Assembly (NCBI GenBank): GCA_963734545.1 | Contig: CAVTHO010000008.1 | Coordinates: 1 to 64,000 of the forward strand | DNA: 64,000 nt | Source: an uncultured Spirochaetota bacterium | GTDB taxonomy: Bacteria > Spirochaetota > Spirochaetia > SZUA-6 > Fen-1364 | Reading direction: 5' to 3' | Part shown: piece after piece, positions 1-9,900 of the stretch | Layout of the letters: each line of letters opens with the position of its first letter | Numbering within the stretch: position 1 is the stretch's first letter | Translations under genes and position numbers: made by a program | Notes under the pieces: generated by a model | What the model was told of the DNA's origin: nothing | What the model saw: only the letters and a program-made list of their open reading frames with translations | Databases searched by the model: none

Positions 1-17
1 CGCTTGTAAGCTGATGA

Positions 18-172
18 CGTGTAAATCCCCTCGTGGATGCTGCTGCCTACCGCCGCTGCCTCCGTAAGGAGTCTCCTGCGTGAGATTGCCAGCTCCACGA
101 GGGCCCTTTCGTGCACGTAAAACACATGCCCGCTCCTCATCGGGAGTGGTTGCTGTTTACAAGGATGCATGA
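18..172 (+). ncRNA. putative bridge RNA of IS110 copy 1 (ends approximate)
   Basis: Non-coding left end with two stem/internal-loop/hairpin modules. Loop segments match the target flank (GCGTGAG 78-84) and the donor junction (TAAAACA 118-124, TTACAAG 157-163). Confidence 0.75.
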
Positions 173-194
173 TCGGGAGAGAGGAGGAAGCTGC

Positions 195-1598
195 ATGCGG
201 TACAAGGCCATCGGCATCGACCCCGACAGCCAGGGGGCCATATGCACCCTGGTTGACGCGGCGCTCCCCAAGGTCGCTGTCAAAGAGTTCCTGATTTCAG
301 GCGACGGCCTCAGCCAGCTTGTGCAATGGGTAAGGCGACAGCCGGACGCCCTGATTGCTCTCGAAGGGCGCAACGGTCAGAGCAAGCCCATCGAGCGTGC
401 CCTGCAGAGCGCCGGCGTGGTCTTTTACTCGTTTACCGCGTATGAGGTCTCCAAGTTCCGTAGCGCTGTACTGGGGCAAAACAAGAACAACGAGAAGGAC
501 GCAGAGGCCGTTGCACGCTACGCTCTGGCCTTGGAGACGCAGAATCGACTGGAACGCTCGCGGCGCGTTTGGTTTGTCGACGAAGACCTGCAGACCATTA
601 CACGGCTCTATTCCCAGAAGCGCCAAGAAGCGACCCGCGAGACGAATCGGCTGTGGAAGGCCCTGCGCAAGGCCTCGGGGGATGTCTATCTTGCATTCCG
701 CGGGTCGCACCCCGATTTCCCGTTCACCCAAAGCTTGCTCAAGTTGAAAGGTGTGGTGCAGTTGCTGGCGGCCAGCCCAGACATCAGCTCTTGGCATCTT
801 CTTGCACCGCAAGAGCTTCTGCAGCTCGCCGGAGGCTCCCATCGTGGACGCAAGCCACTGCTGGAAGCCCTGCAACTTCTCTCTGGTCGTCTCCAGCCGT
901 TTTCATCAACGACCGTGCTGTTAATTCAGTCCTCGGCGGCCGTCCTCCGTGTGCTCTTTGACACCCTCGAGAAACTCGAAAGACAATTGGGGGAGCAGAC
1001 CAAACACAACAACGCGGTCCGGTGGCTTTGTGGGCATCCAGGCATGGGTGTGCTCACGGCCGCAACCATGATCGCAGAGATCGTCGACGTCCGCCGCTTC
1101 CCAACCAACAATCATCTCGCCAGCTACGCCGGCTTAGCGCGTCATGAGTACAAGACCGGCCGATCCGGCACCGAGATCGCTACCTCCGTGCACAACCATC
1201 GATTGAAGAACGCCTTTTTCGCGGCAGCCAGGAACACAACCCTGCATGCACCTGACTCACACCTGGCAGCGTACTACCGGTCCCTAATGAAGCGGGGAAT
1301 GTCCAACACTGAAGCTTACAAGAGAATCGGCCGCGCTCTGGCCCGCAGGTTCTACCGAGGGCTCACGGCGCTGAACGAACAGCCCGCACCCTCATCTGAA
1401 GAGACGGAAGGCGCCATGGCAACCGGATCTGACCGGGAGGCAAATGAAGCCCCAAGCGACACGGCGCCCTCCGGCGTCCATTATACCCCAACGCCCCTGG
1501 AAAGCAGCAACCCGCATCCGGTAGCGGCCAAGCGCTGTGCCCGAGCAACTCACGCCGCGACGGACCCGAAGGCAAGGAGGGTACGCGTTTCTCCTTGA
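195..1598 (+). CDS. IS110 family bridge recombinase/transposase
   Basis: ATG at 195 after RBS GAGGAGG. Motifs IGID, LEG, KNNEKDA, PGMGVLTAATMIAEIVDVRRF, YAGL..TG, NHRLKNAFF, AYYRSL. Confidence 0.93.
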   Translation: MRYKAIGIDPDSQGAICTLVDAALPKVAVKEFLISGDGLSQLVQWVRRQPDALIALEGRNGQSKPIERALQSAGVVFYSFTAYEVSKFRSAVLGQNKNNEKDAEAVARYALALETQNRLERSRRVWFVDEDLQTITRLYSQKRQEATRETNRLWKALRKASGDVYLAFRGSHPDFPFTQSLLKLKGVVQLLAASPDISSWHLLAPQELLQLAGGSHRGRKPLLEALQLLSGRLQPFSSTTVLLIQSSAAVLRVLFDTLEKLERQLGEQTKHNNAVRWLCGHPGMGVLTAATMIAEIVDVRRFPTNNHLASYAGLARHEYKTGRSGTEIATSVHNHRLKNAFFAAARNTTLHAPDSHLAAYYRSLMKRGMSNTEAYKRIGRALARRFYRGLTALNEQPAPSSEETEGAMATGSDREANEAPSDTAPSGVHYTPTPLESSNPHPVAAKRCARATHAATDPKARRVRVSP

Positions 1599-1794
1599 CA
1601 CCGCTAAAACAATCTCACGCTCTCGTTGCCGTAGCAACACGAACTGGTGGCCATGCAGACGTGCGCCTCTCCACTGACGAGATACTGCGACTCACTCGGG
1701 CCGACTGATGGCACCGCGTCTGACGGGTTCCCTGAGCGCCCGTATCTGCCAACCAACTTGCGACAAAGTCCGAATCCAACGATTGGAAAACTTG

Positions 1795-2011
1795 AGCCCA
1801 CCCTGAAGAACATCGCTCGGGAGCTTGTCGTGAACGTTTGAAAGAACGTCTCAATAGACTGGACCGTGCGGGAGAACGTCAGGGCGCAGTTAAGGGTCAG
1901 GTGAAACGAATCCTCCGCAAGTACGGCCACCCGCCCGACAAGCAGGAGAAGGCAACTGAAACCGTTCTGGAACAGGCTGCCGTTCAGTCGGAGGAATTGG
2001 CGGTCGCGTGA
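1795..2011 (+). pseudogene. hsdR: 3' remnant of type I restriction enzyme HsdR (DUF3387-like C-terminus)
   Basis: Translates across a stop and a frameshift as [68 protein letters not shown], the typical HsdR tail. Confidence 0.8.
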
Positions 2012-2155
2012 TCGGCGTTCTCTTGGGAGTAGCCGCGGGGCAACTCGCTGAGCTGGCCAGTCGCGCCGTGTGTGTGGGTATTTGCTGAATACTTGACATT
2101 TTCCGTCGATAGAGAAGATTTCTACTTGTACCGCGCTGGTGAAAGGAGAAACACC

Positions 2156-2908
2156 GTGACAAGAGTTCTCCTGGCAGGAGAAAGTTGGATCACCCACTCG
2201 GTCCACATCAAGGGATTCGACAGCTTCACGACGGACGAGTACGTCGAGGGAGCCGAAAGGCTGATCGAGTCGCTGCGCACGGCGGGAAACGAGGTCACGT
2301 TCCTTCCCAACCATGTGGCGCCGGCCCGGTTCCCATCGAGCATGGAAGAGCTCGAACGCTATGACGTGGTATTTCTCAGCGACATCGGGGCCAACTCCCT
2401 GCTGATCCATCCGGAAACCTTCACGCGCTCGGTGTCCAAACAGAATCGGATCAGCCTCCTCGTGCAGTACGTCCACGGCGGAGGCGGCCTCGCCATGATC
2501 GGAGGATACCTCTCCTTCTCCGGCATCGAAGGAAAGGCCGGGTATCCCCGCACGGATCTGGCCACCGTGCTGCCGGTCGTCATGACGGAGGGTGACGATC
2601 GCCGGGAAGTCCCGGAGGGCGCCTCGGTGGAGATCGTCGAGCCGGGTCATCCCCTTGTGAAAGGCATGCCGACATCGTGGCCGCAGTTTCTTGGATACAA
2701 CCGGCTGCGCGCGCGGGAGGGTGCCACCGTTGTCGCGCGCCGCGGTGAGGACGTCTTTCTGGCCGCGGGCGTGTACGGGAGGGGCCGCTCGGTCGCCTTT
2801 GCCTCTGATTGCGGTCCGCACTGGTGTCCCCCCCTGTTCGTGGAGTGGGAGCACTACGCTACTCTGTGGAGGAATATCGCGGGGTGGCTGTCACAGCCCC
2901 TGGGCTGA
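2156..2908 (+). CDS. class I glutamine amidotransferase-like protein (DUF1355/GATase1-like)
   Basis: GTG start after GGAG. Motifs RVLLAGESW, HIKGFDSF, YDVVFLSDIGANSLL, GGGLAMIGGYLSF, ASDCGPHWCP. Confidence 0.85.
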   Translation: MTRVLLAGESWITHSVHIKGFDSFTTDEYVEGAERLIESLRTAGNEVTFLPNHVAPARFPSSMEELERYDVVFLSDIGANSLLIHPETFTRSVSKQNRISLLVQYVHGGGGLAMIGGYLSFSGIEGKAGYPRTDLATVLPVVMTEGDDRREVPEGASVEIVEPGHPLVKGMPTSWPQFLGYNRLRAREGATVVARRGEDVFLAAGVYGRGRSVAFASDCGPHWCPPLFVEWEHYATLWRNIAGWLSQPLG

Positions 2909-2926
2909 CTCTGGCACAATAAAAAA

Positions 2927-3104
<178 letters not shown>

Positions 3105-3303
3105 ATAATACACACTAGGGAGGACGTGCTCTCGGCGTTTCGGCGCTTGCGCGCCTCCAACGCCTGCCGCACGAATGTCACCGGGTACGGTGACAGAGGT
3201 GAACGAATCGGTCCGTGCAGCCTTGCGGCCGCGCGTCTATGTTTGGGCTTGCGCCCTTTGAGATCGATGAAAAATATGGTCAAGCCTCACGGTAAATTAG
3301 TAC

Positions 3304-3358
3304 GGAGTACCGTTCGAAGGTCTTGGAGCAGGCTTCGCCTGCTTGACAACCTTCGTAC
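3304..3358. repeat. hairpin mini-insertion 2 (AGTA-loop hairpin + long hairpin, GTAC duplicated)
   Basis: Absent from the intact 23S. ACGG-AGTA-CCGT then GAAGGT..AGCAGGC-ttc-GCCTGCT..ACCTTC. GTAC at 3300-3303 and 3355-3358. Confidence 0.85.
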
Positions 3359-3476
3359 TGGTCAGCTCAGTGCGTTGCCGCACGTATACTTCCAGCCTAT
3401 CGACCTGGTTATCTCCCAGGTACCTTCAGGGGGATTGAATCCCCAGGGTTGCCTCATCTTGAGGTGGGTTTCCCAC

Positions 3477-3532
3477 AAATGGTCTCTGCGGACGAAGCCC
3501 GCTCCTGCCATTTGAGCGGTACTCCGCACGCA
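3477..3532. repeat. hairpin mini-insertion 3 (same architecture as insertion 2, opposite orientation)
   Basis: Replaces TT of the intact 23S. Reverse complement reads GCGG-AGTA-CCGC-T-CAAATGG..GAGCGGGCTTCGTCCGC..CCATTTG. Confidence 0.85.
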
Positions 3533-3590
3533 AGATGCTTTCAGCGGTTATCCCTTCCGAACTTGGCTACCCAGCGCCTACCCTTGGCAG

Positions 3591-3616
3591 AGAATGCCAC
3601 GGAGTACCGTGGCCGC
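3591..3616. repeat. hairpin mini-insertion 4 (GAATG type)
   Basis: AGAATGCCACGG-AGTA-CCGTGGCCGC, absent from the intact 23S. Relatives at 3173-3198, 42641-42665 and 48099-48123. Confidence 0.85.
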
Positions 3617-3786
3617 GATAACTGGCACACCAGAGGTTCGTCCATTCCGGTCCTCTCGTACTAGGAACAGCTCCTCTCAAGCAACCAACGCCCATGGCAG
3701 ATAGGGACCGAACTGTCTCGCGACGTTCTGAACCCAGCTCACGTACCGCTTTAATTGGCGAACAGCCAAACCCTTGGGACCTGCTC

Positions 3787-3828
<42 letters not shown>

Positions 3829-4152
3829 TGCCGTCGATGTGAACTCTTGGGCAAGATCAGCCTGTTATCCCCGGAGTACCTTTTTCCGTTAAGTGAGGCT
3901 CATCCACTCACCACCGCCAGATCACTAAGACCTCTTTCGCGCCTGCTCGACATGTACGTCTCACAGTCAGGCTCCCTTATGCCCGGGGGTGAGTGAAGAG
4001 AAAGACTTGGGCGTGCCCCGCCCGAGGGAACTCCCCGGAGCGCGCGAGCGCCGTCTCCGTGACCGCCCTCGGGCGGGTCGCGTGCTGCGGGGGTTCCGTC
4101 CTCGCTCCGCTCGGACCGCTTCGCGCCCCTCCGCCCGCTTGTAAGCTGATGA

Positions 4153-4310
4153 CGTGTAGAATCCCCTCGTGGATGCTGCTGCCTACCGCCCGCTGCCTCC
4201 GTAAGGAGTCTCCTGCGTGAGATTGCCAGCTCCACGAGGGCCCTTTCGTGCACGTAAAACACATGCCCGCTCCTCATCGGGAGTGGTTGCTCTTTACAAG
4301 GATGCATGAT
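4153..4310 (+). ncRNA. putative bridge RNA of IS110 copy 2 (ends approximate)
   Basis: Target loop: stem CCCTCGTGGA/TCCACGAGGG, guides CCGCCCGCT (4186-4194) and GCGTGAG (4215-4221), capped by CTCC-GTAA-GGAG. Donor loop: stem CGTGCA/TGCATG, guides TAAAACA (4255-4261) and TTACAAG (4294-4300). Confidence 0.8.
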
Positions 4311-4331
4311 CGGGAGAGAGGAGGAAGCTGC

Positions 4332-5733
4332 ATGCGGTACAAGGCCATCGGCATCGATCCCGACAGCCAGGGGGCCATATGCACCTTGGTAGACACGGCG
4401 CTCCCCAAGGTCGCTGTCAAAGAGTTCCTGATTTCAGGCGACGGCCTCAGCCAGCTTGTGCAATGGGTAAGGCAACAGCCGGACGCCGTGATTGCTCTCG
4501 AAGGGCGCAACGGTCAGAGCAAGCCCTTCGAGCGTGCCCTGCAGAGCGCCGGCGTGGTCTTTTACTCGTTTACCGCGTACGAGGTCTCCAAGTTCCGTAG
4601 CGCTGTACTGGGGCAAAACAAGAACAACGAGAAGGACGCAGAGGCGGTTGCACGCTACGCTCTGGCCTTGGAGACGCAGAATCGACTGGAACGCTCGCGA
4701 CGCGTGTGGTTCGTCGACGAAGACCTGCAGACCATTACACGGCTCTATTCCCAGAAGCGCCAAGAAGCGACCCGCGAGACGAATCGGCTGTGGAAGGCCC
4801 TGCGCAAGGCCTCGGGGGATCTCTATCTTGCGTTCCGCGGGTCGCACCCCGATTTCCCGTTCACCCAAAGCTTGCTCAAGTTGAAAGGTGTGGTGCAGTT
4901 GCTGGCGGCCAGCCCAGACGTCAGCTCTTGGCATCTTCTTGCACCGCAAGAGCTTCTGCAGCTCGCCGGAGGCTCCCATCGAGGACGCAAGCCACTGCTG
5001 GAAGCCCTGCAACTTCTCTCTGGTCGTCTCCAGTCGTTTTCATCAACGACCGTGCTGTTGATTCAGTCCTCGGCGGCCGTCCTCCGTGTGCTCTTTGACA
5101 CCCTCGAGAAACTGGAAAGACAATTGGGGGAGCAGACCAAACACAACAACGCGGTCCGGTGGCTTTGCGGGCATCCAGGCATCGGTGTGCTCACGGCCGC
5201 AACCATGATCGCAGAGATCGTCGACGTCCGTCGTTTCCCAACCAACAATCATCTCGCCAGCTACGCCGGCCTAGCGCGTCATGAGTACAAGACCGGCCGA
5301 TCCGGCACCGAGATCGCTACCTCCGTGCACAACCATCGACTGAAGAACGCCTTTTTCGCGGCAGCCAGGAACACCACCCTGCACACCTGACTCACACCTG
5401 GCGGCGTACTACCGGTCCCTGATGAAGCGGGGCATGTCGAACACTGAAGCTTACAAGAGAATCGGCCGCGCTCTGGCCCGCAGGTTCTACCGAGGGCTCA
5501 CGGCGCTGAGCGAGCAGCCCGCACCCTCATCTGAAGAGACGGAAGGCGTCACGGCAACCGGATCTGACCGGGAGGCAAATGAAGCCCCAAGCGACATGAC
5601 GCCCTCCGACGCCCATTATACCCCAACGCCCCTGGAAAGCAGCAACCCGCATCCGGTAGCGGCCAAGCGCTGTGCCCGAGCAACTCACGCCGCGACGGAC
5701 CCGAAGGCAAGGAGGGTACGCGTTTCTCCTTGA
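4332..5733 (+). pseudogene. IS110 recombinase copy 2, frameshifted by a 2-bp deletion near 5383 (could be a sequencing error)
   Basis: CTGCATGCACCTGAC in copy 1 versus CTGCACACCTGAC here. ORFs 4248..5390 and 5422..5733 are the two halves. Confidence 0.8.
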
Positions 5734-5851
5734 CACCGCTAAAACAATCTCACGCGTTTGCGGTCGGCCGCTGCACTGGGTCACCGTGAGTCCGTGGTTT
5801 GACCCGGGAGCCTGGAAAAGCGTGATGGCGCCGGCTGTTGTTCTCTAAGGA

Positions 5852-6604
5852 TGTGCAGGCCGTTGCGGTCTCTGCCGCCAGAAGTCAGACCAACTACGTC
5901 CAGCGAGGAGTCAATACTCTCCAACAAGTGTTTCGGGATCACTTCGCCCGCTTCGCCGCCGAGTACGATTCACGCTACGCGAAAGACCTCGGCAACTTCC
6001 GCATCGAGCGTATCTCCCGCGTGGCGACCCGCTTCCTCACCTGCGGCGACTACCCCTTGAGCGGCAGCGGTGTGTACTCACACCGCGAGAGCTGCCAGGG
6101 CGTGGCCCGCATCCGATTTGTGAACCCTGAATGCCGCCACGAGTACTTCCGCCCCTTCTCTTGCAAAGGCTTCTTCCTCTGCCCATCGTGCAGCCAGAAA
6201 CGAACCCTCCTGTTCGCCGAGCACCTCGACGAGAACCTGTTGTTTGCCCTGCCCCATCGACAGTTCGTCTTCACGCTGCCCAGGCTCTGAGGGTCTTCCT
6301 CCGCCATGATCAGCGCCTGTTCGCCAAGCTCTCGAGACTCATTTTCTCGCTGATCGCCGAGTTCTATTCCGCCGCAGCTGGCAAGCCCATCTCCACCGCC
6401 GCCGCCGTGGCCTATCAGCCCTTCGGGGACTCGCTTCGGTTCAACCCGCACTTCCACGCCCTCATCCTTGAGGGTGGATTCGACTCCACCGGGCAGTTCA
6501 AGAGGCCGATGGTGCGCCGTCCTTCCGAGCTGCGCACGATCCTGCGCCACCTCATCAAGATAGGCAGGGCACCGCCGGGACTCGATCCCAGCTCCCTGAA
6601 CTGA
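5852..6604 (+). pseudogene. IS91-family (Y2 HUH) transposase remnant, frameshifted and internally deleted
   Basis: Zn-binding motifs CGD..GVARIR..C.HEYFRPFSCKGFFLCPSC, HRQFVFTLP, HUH motif FNPHFHAL, then a jump to the C-terminal ILRHL..GRAPPG. The central tyrosine region is missing. Confidence 0.85.
6055..6093. repeat. hairpin mini-insertion 5, in-frame 39 bp inside the IS91 transposase
   Basis: GCGGCAG-CGGTGTG-TACT-CACACCG-CGAGAGC. Removing 6055-6093 restores C-G-D-Y-R-Q-G-V-A-R-I-R. Confidence 0.75.
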
Positions 6605-6961
6605 GACCCTGCCCAATGCTCTGCCCCGCCACTGCTGGGACCATGCCCCCCCGACAAGAGGAGCTATCTACGTGGTACGGACCCTGCCGGGCTCAACTCG
6701 TCAACAGGACCTGCCGCGGCTCAAAGCACCTCGCCGGGCCCCTCGATCGCGCCCTCTGGGGACCCGCGGGGTCCGGCGCCGGCGCGCCTACCCTGCCGGC
6801 GCACGGTCGACAGGAATCGATTTGTCTATCATTCATTTATAAGCAGGAACGACCGTCGGACTTATCGGCCCCGTCTCTCCCCGATCCCAGGAAAACCAAA
6901 GGATGCGATTATCAACGGGGCAACTCCAGACCGCATATCCACGGCACGGTTTTCCGCTTTG

Positions 6962-9900
6962 CTAGTGACAGCAGCAACCTTTTCCTTTGAAGGTGAGCCA
7001 ATCCAAGCTGTTTCCGTCTATGGTATCTGATGCCTGCCCAAGGTCCAGGATAAAGCGCTTCAGCCATGGATTCTGCATGGCAACGGCTGCGTCGATGCCG
7101 CCGTCACTGCCCCCATCGCTGCCGCCTTGCTGCACCTCGTCCCTGCCGAGGCCGCCGTTCAGGCGGTCGTAATCGCTTCCGCCGTACAGCTTGTCATTTC
7201 CGGCACCGCCGAGAAGCGTATCCCGGCCGGAGCCGCCGTAGAGCGTGTCGTCACCGTCCCCACCGTCCAGAGTGTCCTCCCCCTGCTGGCCAAAGAGGAT
7301 ATCGATGCCGTCACCGCCCAGGATCACGTCATCGCCGTTTCTCCCGTCACAGTCTCTGCCGCCCCAGCCCTTGTCCGGCCGTGCTTCATAACGTACCTCA
7401 CTGTCTCCGGCTGCGAACACAGGGGTCACCACGGCATTGTCGCCAAAGACCACATCATTGCCGCTGCCGGCATCGATGACATCGCTGCCGTTCAGAATGC
7501 TGTGATCGCAATCGCAGTCGCGGCCACCTTCGCTCCCCCACCAGTCACAACCGCCGCAGCTGTTGCCGTGGCAGTCGTGTTCACAGTGGTTTTCAGCGAA
7601 CGGGTCCCTCGTGAGATCATCCGCATCTTTCATGAGAAGATCGGTTGCCTGGTTCAGATCCCTGGCGTCGTGTTTTGTCATGGGACCTTCAAGGATACCG
7701 GGTTGTACCACCACGCCACTATCGCCGATGACCAGATCATTGCCGGCACCGCCTCCAAGGATGTCGTTCCCCACAGCGTAGTCATAGCCGGCACGGAAGC
7801 GAATCAGGTACTGATCTCTCTGCGTCGGAGAACACTTGTCGAAGTCGCCGTGGTCATAACGGATGTGGTCCTTGAGGAGCCCGTCTCGATGCCAGTCCTC
7901 ATGGTCCAGCGCTTTCTTGACATCCCAGAGCTCGTTTCTGCCAACGTCAAGCGGATTGCCTGCCTCGTGCATGAGGGTCTCTGAGGCTGCCACCGGCGTT
8001 ATCATCAAGGCGTTGTCGCCAACGATGAGGTCGTCTCCGGCATCCCCATATATGATGTCCGTCTGCAAGACCAGATCCCTCAGACCAAGATCGATCACAT
8101 CCCATTCCTTGGGCGCCGTTTTCCTGGGGTTGTGGGCAATGGCATCGTCGACGAGAGAGTCGAGCACCTGGAGATGGGCCGCTTTCGCCAGGAAGTCGAA
8201 GTCCGTGGCCATCCATTCCACATCGCGGACAAAGTCAAAGAGCTCGAGGGCATCAGTCTTCAGATCCCCTTCCCGCCCAAGGCCCTGGCGGACCGTGGCC
8301 GGTGCGATCAGGGTCCCGTTATCGCCGATGAGGGTGTCGTTGCCGGTCCCGCCAATGATGGTGTCGTTCCCCACTTCAATCAGCGTGGGCGGGTCAACAC
8401 CCAGGAGGGTGTTCTCAAAGACGTCAAAGTCTACGGCTATCTGCCGCAGGTGCCGGAGCATATCCGCCAGCTGCAGGCTCACGTCCTCACGCGCGTCGTC
8501 AATGCACGACACGCCCGTGTGCATGGGTGCAGAGAAGCTCGCATTATCCCCGAAGATGAGGTCATCGCCGCTGCCGCCGTCGATGGTCTCATTGCCTTGG
8601 AGTACGTCCGTGTGGTGCACCACATCGGGTACGATCGTAATGTAGGGTACAACGGAGGCGCCATCGGTTCTCGCAAGCGCGCTGTTCTCAGCCAACGCCT
8701 GGAACTCCGGCACCACATCCGAGACAAACTCGATCGTCGGGTAAAAATCGGTCAGCTCATCCGGCAGCAGGTTCACCGGTGCGGTGATTACCGTGCCTCC
8801 CTGCGGCAGGGAAACAGGAACATCAGCTCCTTGGGCAATCCCAATCAGCCGGATTCCGTTATAGATCTGCGGGATCGTGGTCTCGAAGGGCACCAGGTTG
8901 ATGGCGCCATCGCCGAAGATGAGGTCCGCACCATCGCCGCCGGAGAGCGTATCACTTCCCCGCTGTCCGAAGATCACATCTTCCCCGTCCCCGCCGTCTA
9001 TGGTGTCATTGTTGGCATCCACGAGGTCGATGAGATAGAGATCGGTATCCCAGGCACCGTTGTCGGAGTTCAGATACTTGCCGCCGTCCGCGGCAAAGGC
9101 ACCGGTCAATACCAGCAGATCCGAACCGAATATCTTCTCTGCCAGCTCGGGATCGGCGCTGCGCAGCGGGGTGGTATCCATATCAATAACGCCGGTGATA
9201 TATCCCACCTCTTCCAGGAACACATCCCTGTGCCACGCCCCGTTTGTATTGAGCCGTGGGGTTCCGTCCTCGTTGTAGTCCCGTACGATCGTGCCCACAT
9301 CGCCAAGGATGATGTCACCGCCTGCACCGCCTGTGATCGTGTCATCACCGAGCTCACCGTATATCTCATCCTCTCCGGCGCCGCCGTCAATGGTGTCGTC
9401 ACCTCTTTGCCCGTGGATGATGTCATCGCCGGGGCCACCGCACAGGGTGTCATCACCATGAATGAGGTCGATGTCATCAAAACGGCTCACATCCCGGATT
9501 ACATCGGCAAAGGGCCCGGGATAGCGCTCCCAGGTGAAATCCTCGCCGGGGATCAGGTGCCTGAGGATCGTGCCGTTGTCGCCCAAGATGACATCGGCAT
9601 CGTCACCGCCGTCCATGAAGTCATTACCGTCAACGCCAAGAAGCACGTTGTGCCCGCCGGTCATATCGTCTTCACCGGCATCTCCGTAGAGAGTGTCATC
9701 GCCCTGCTGGCCGAGGATGAAGTCATCGCCGGCGTCTCCGTGGATGGTGTCGTTGCCGGCGCCGTCATTGTCTGCGGCAAAGATGGAGACAACGTTTTGA
9801 TCTGCCGGCAACGAGGAATCATACAACCCGTGGTCTCCGAGAAGAATGTCGTGGCCTCCACCGCCGTGAATCTCATCACCGGCCGTGCCGCCGAAAATGA

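Larger units (their letters stand above)
3..1615 (+). mobile_element. IS110-family element, copy 1 (bounded by CT core dinucleotides at 3-4 and 1614-1615)
   Basis: Near-identical to 4138-5750. Both copies begin cg|CT|TGTAAGCT and end AAAACAAT|CT|CACGC. Encodes a RuvC-type DEDD domain plus a Tnp20-like domain. Confidence 0.9.
4138..5750 (+). mobile_element. IS110-family element, copy 2 (CT cores at 4138-4139 and 5749-5750; reconstructed target CCGCCCG-CT-CACGC)
   Basis: Near-identical to copy 1. The flanks match the guide segments in its own left end. Confidence 0.9.

Noticed and set aside
78-1620. GCGTGAGATTG / CAATCTCACGC as terminal inverted repeats
   Set aside because: The sequence shared by both copies extends more than 70 bp further left, and the 11-mer sits in the loop of the predicted bridge RNA.
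3981-3990. IS110 copy 2 inserted directly into 23S rRNA
   Set aside because: Guide matches, the CT core and the junction promoter place the left end at 4138-4140, about 155 bp from the 23S breakpoint.
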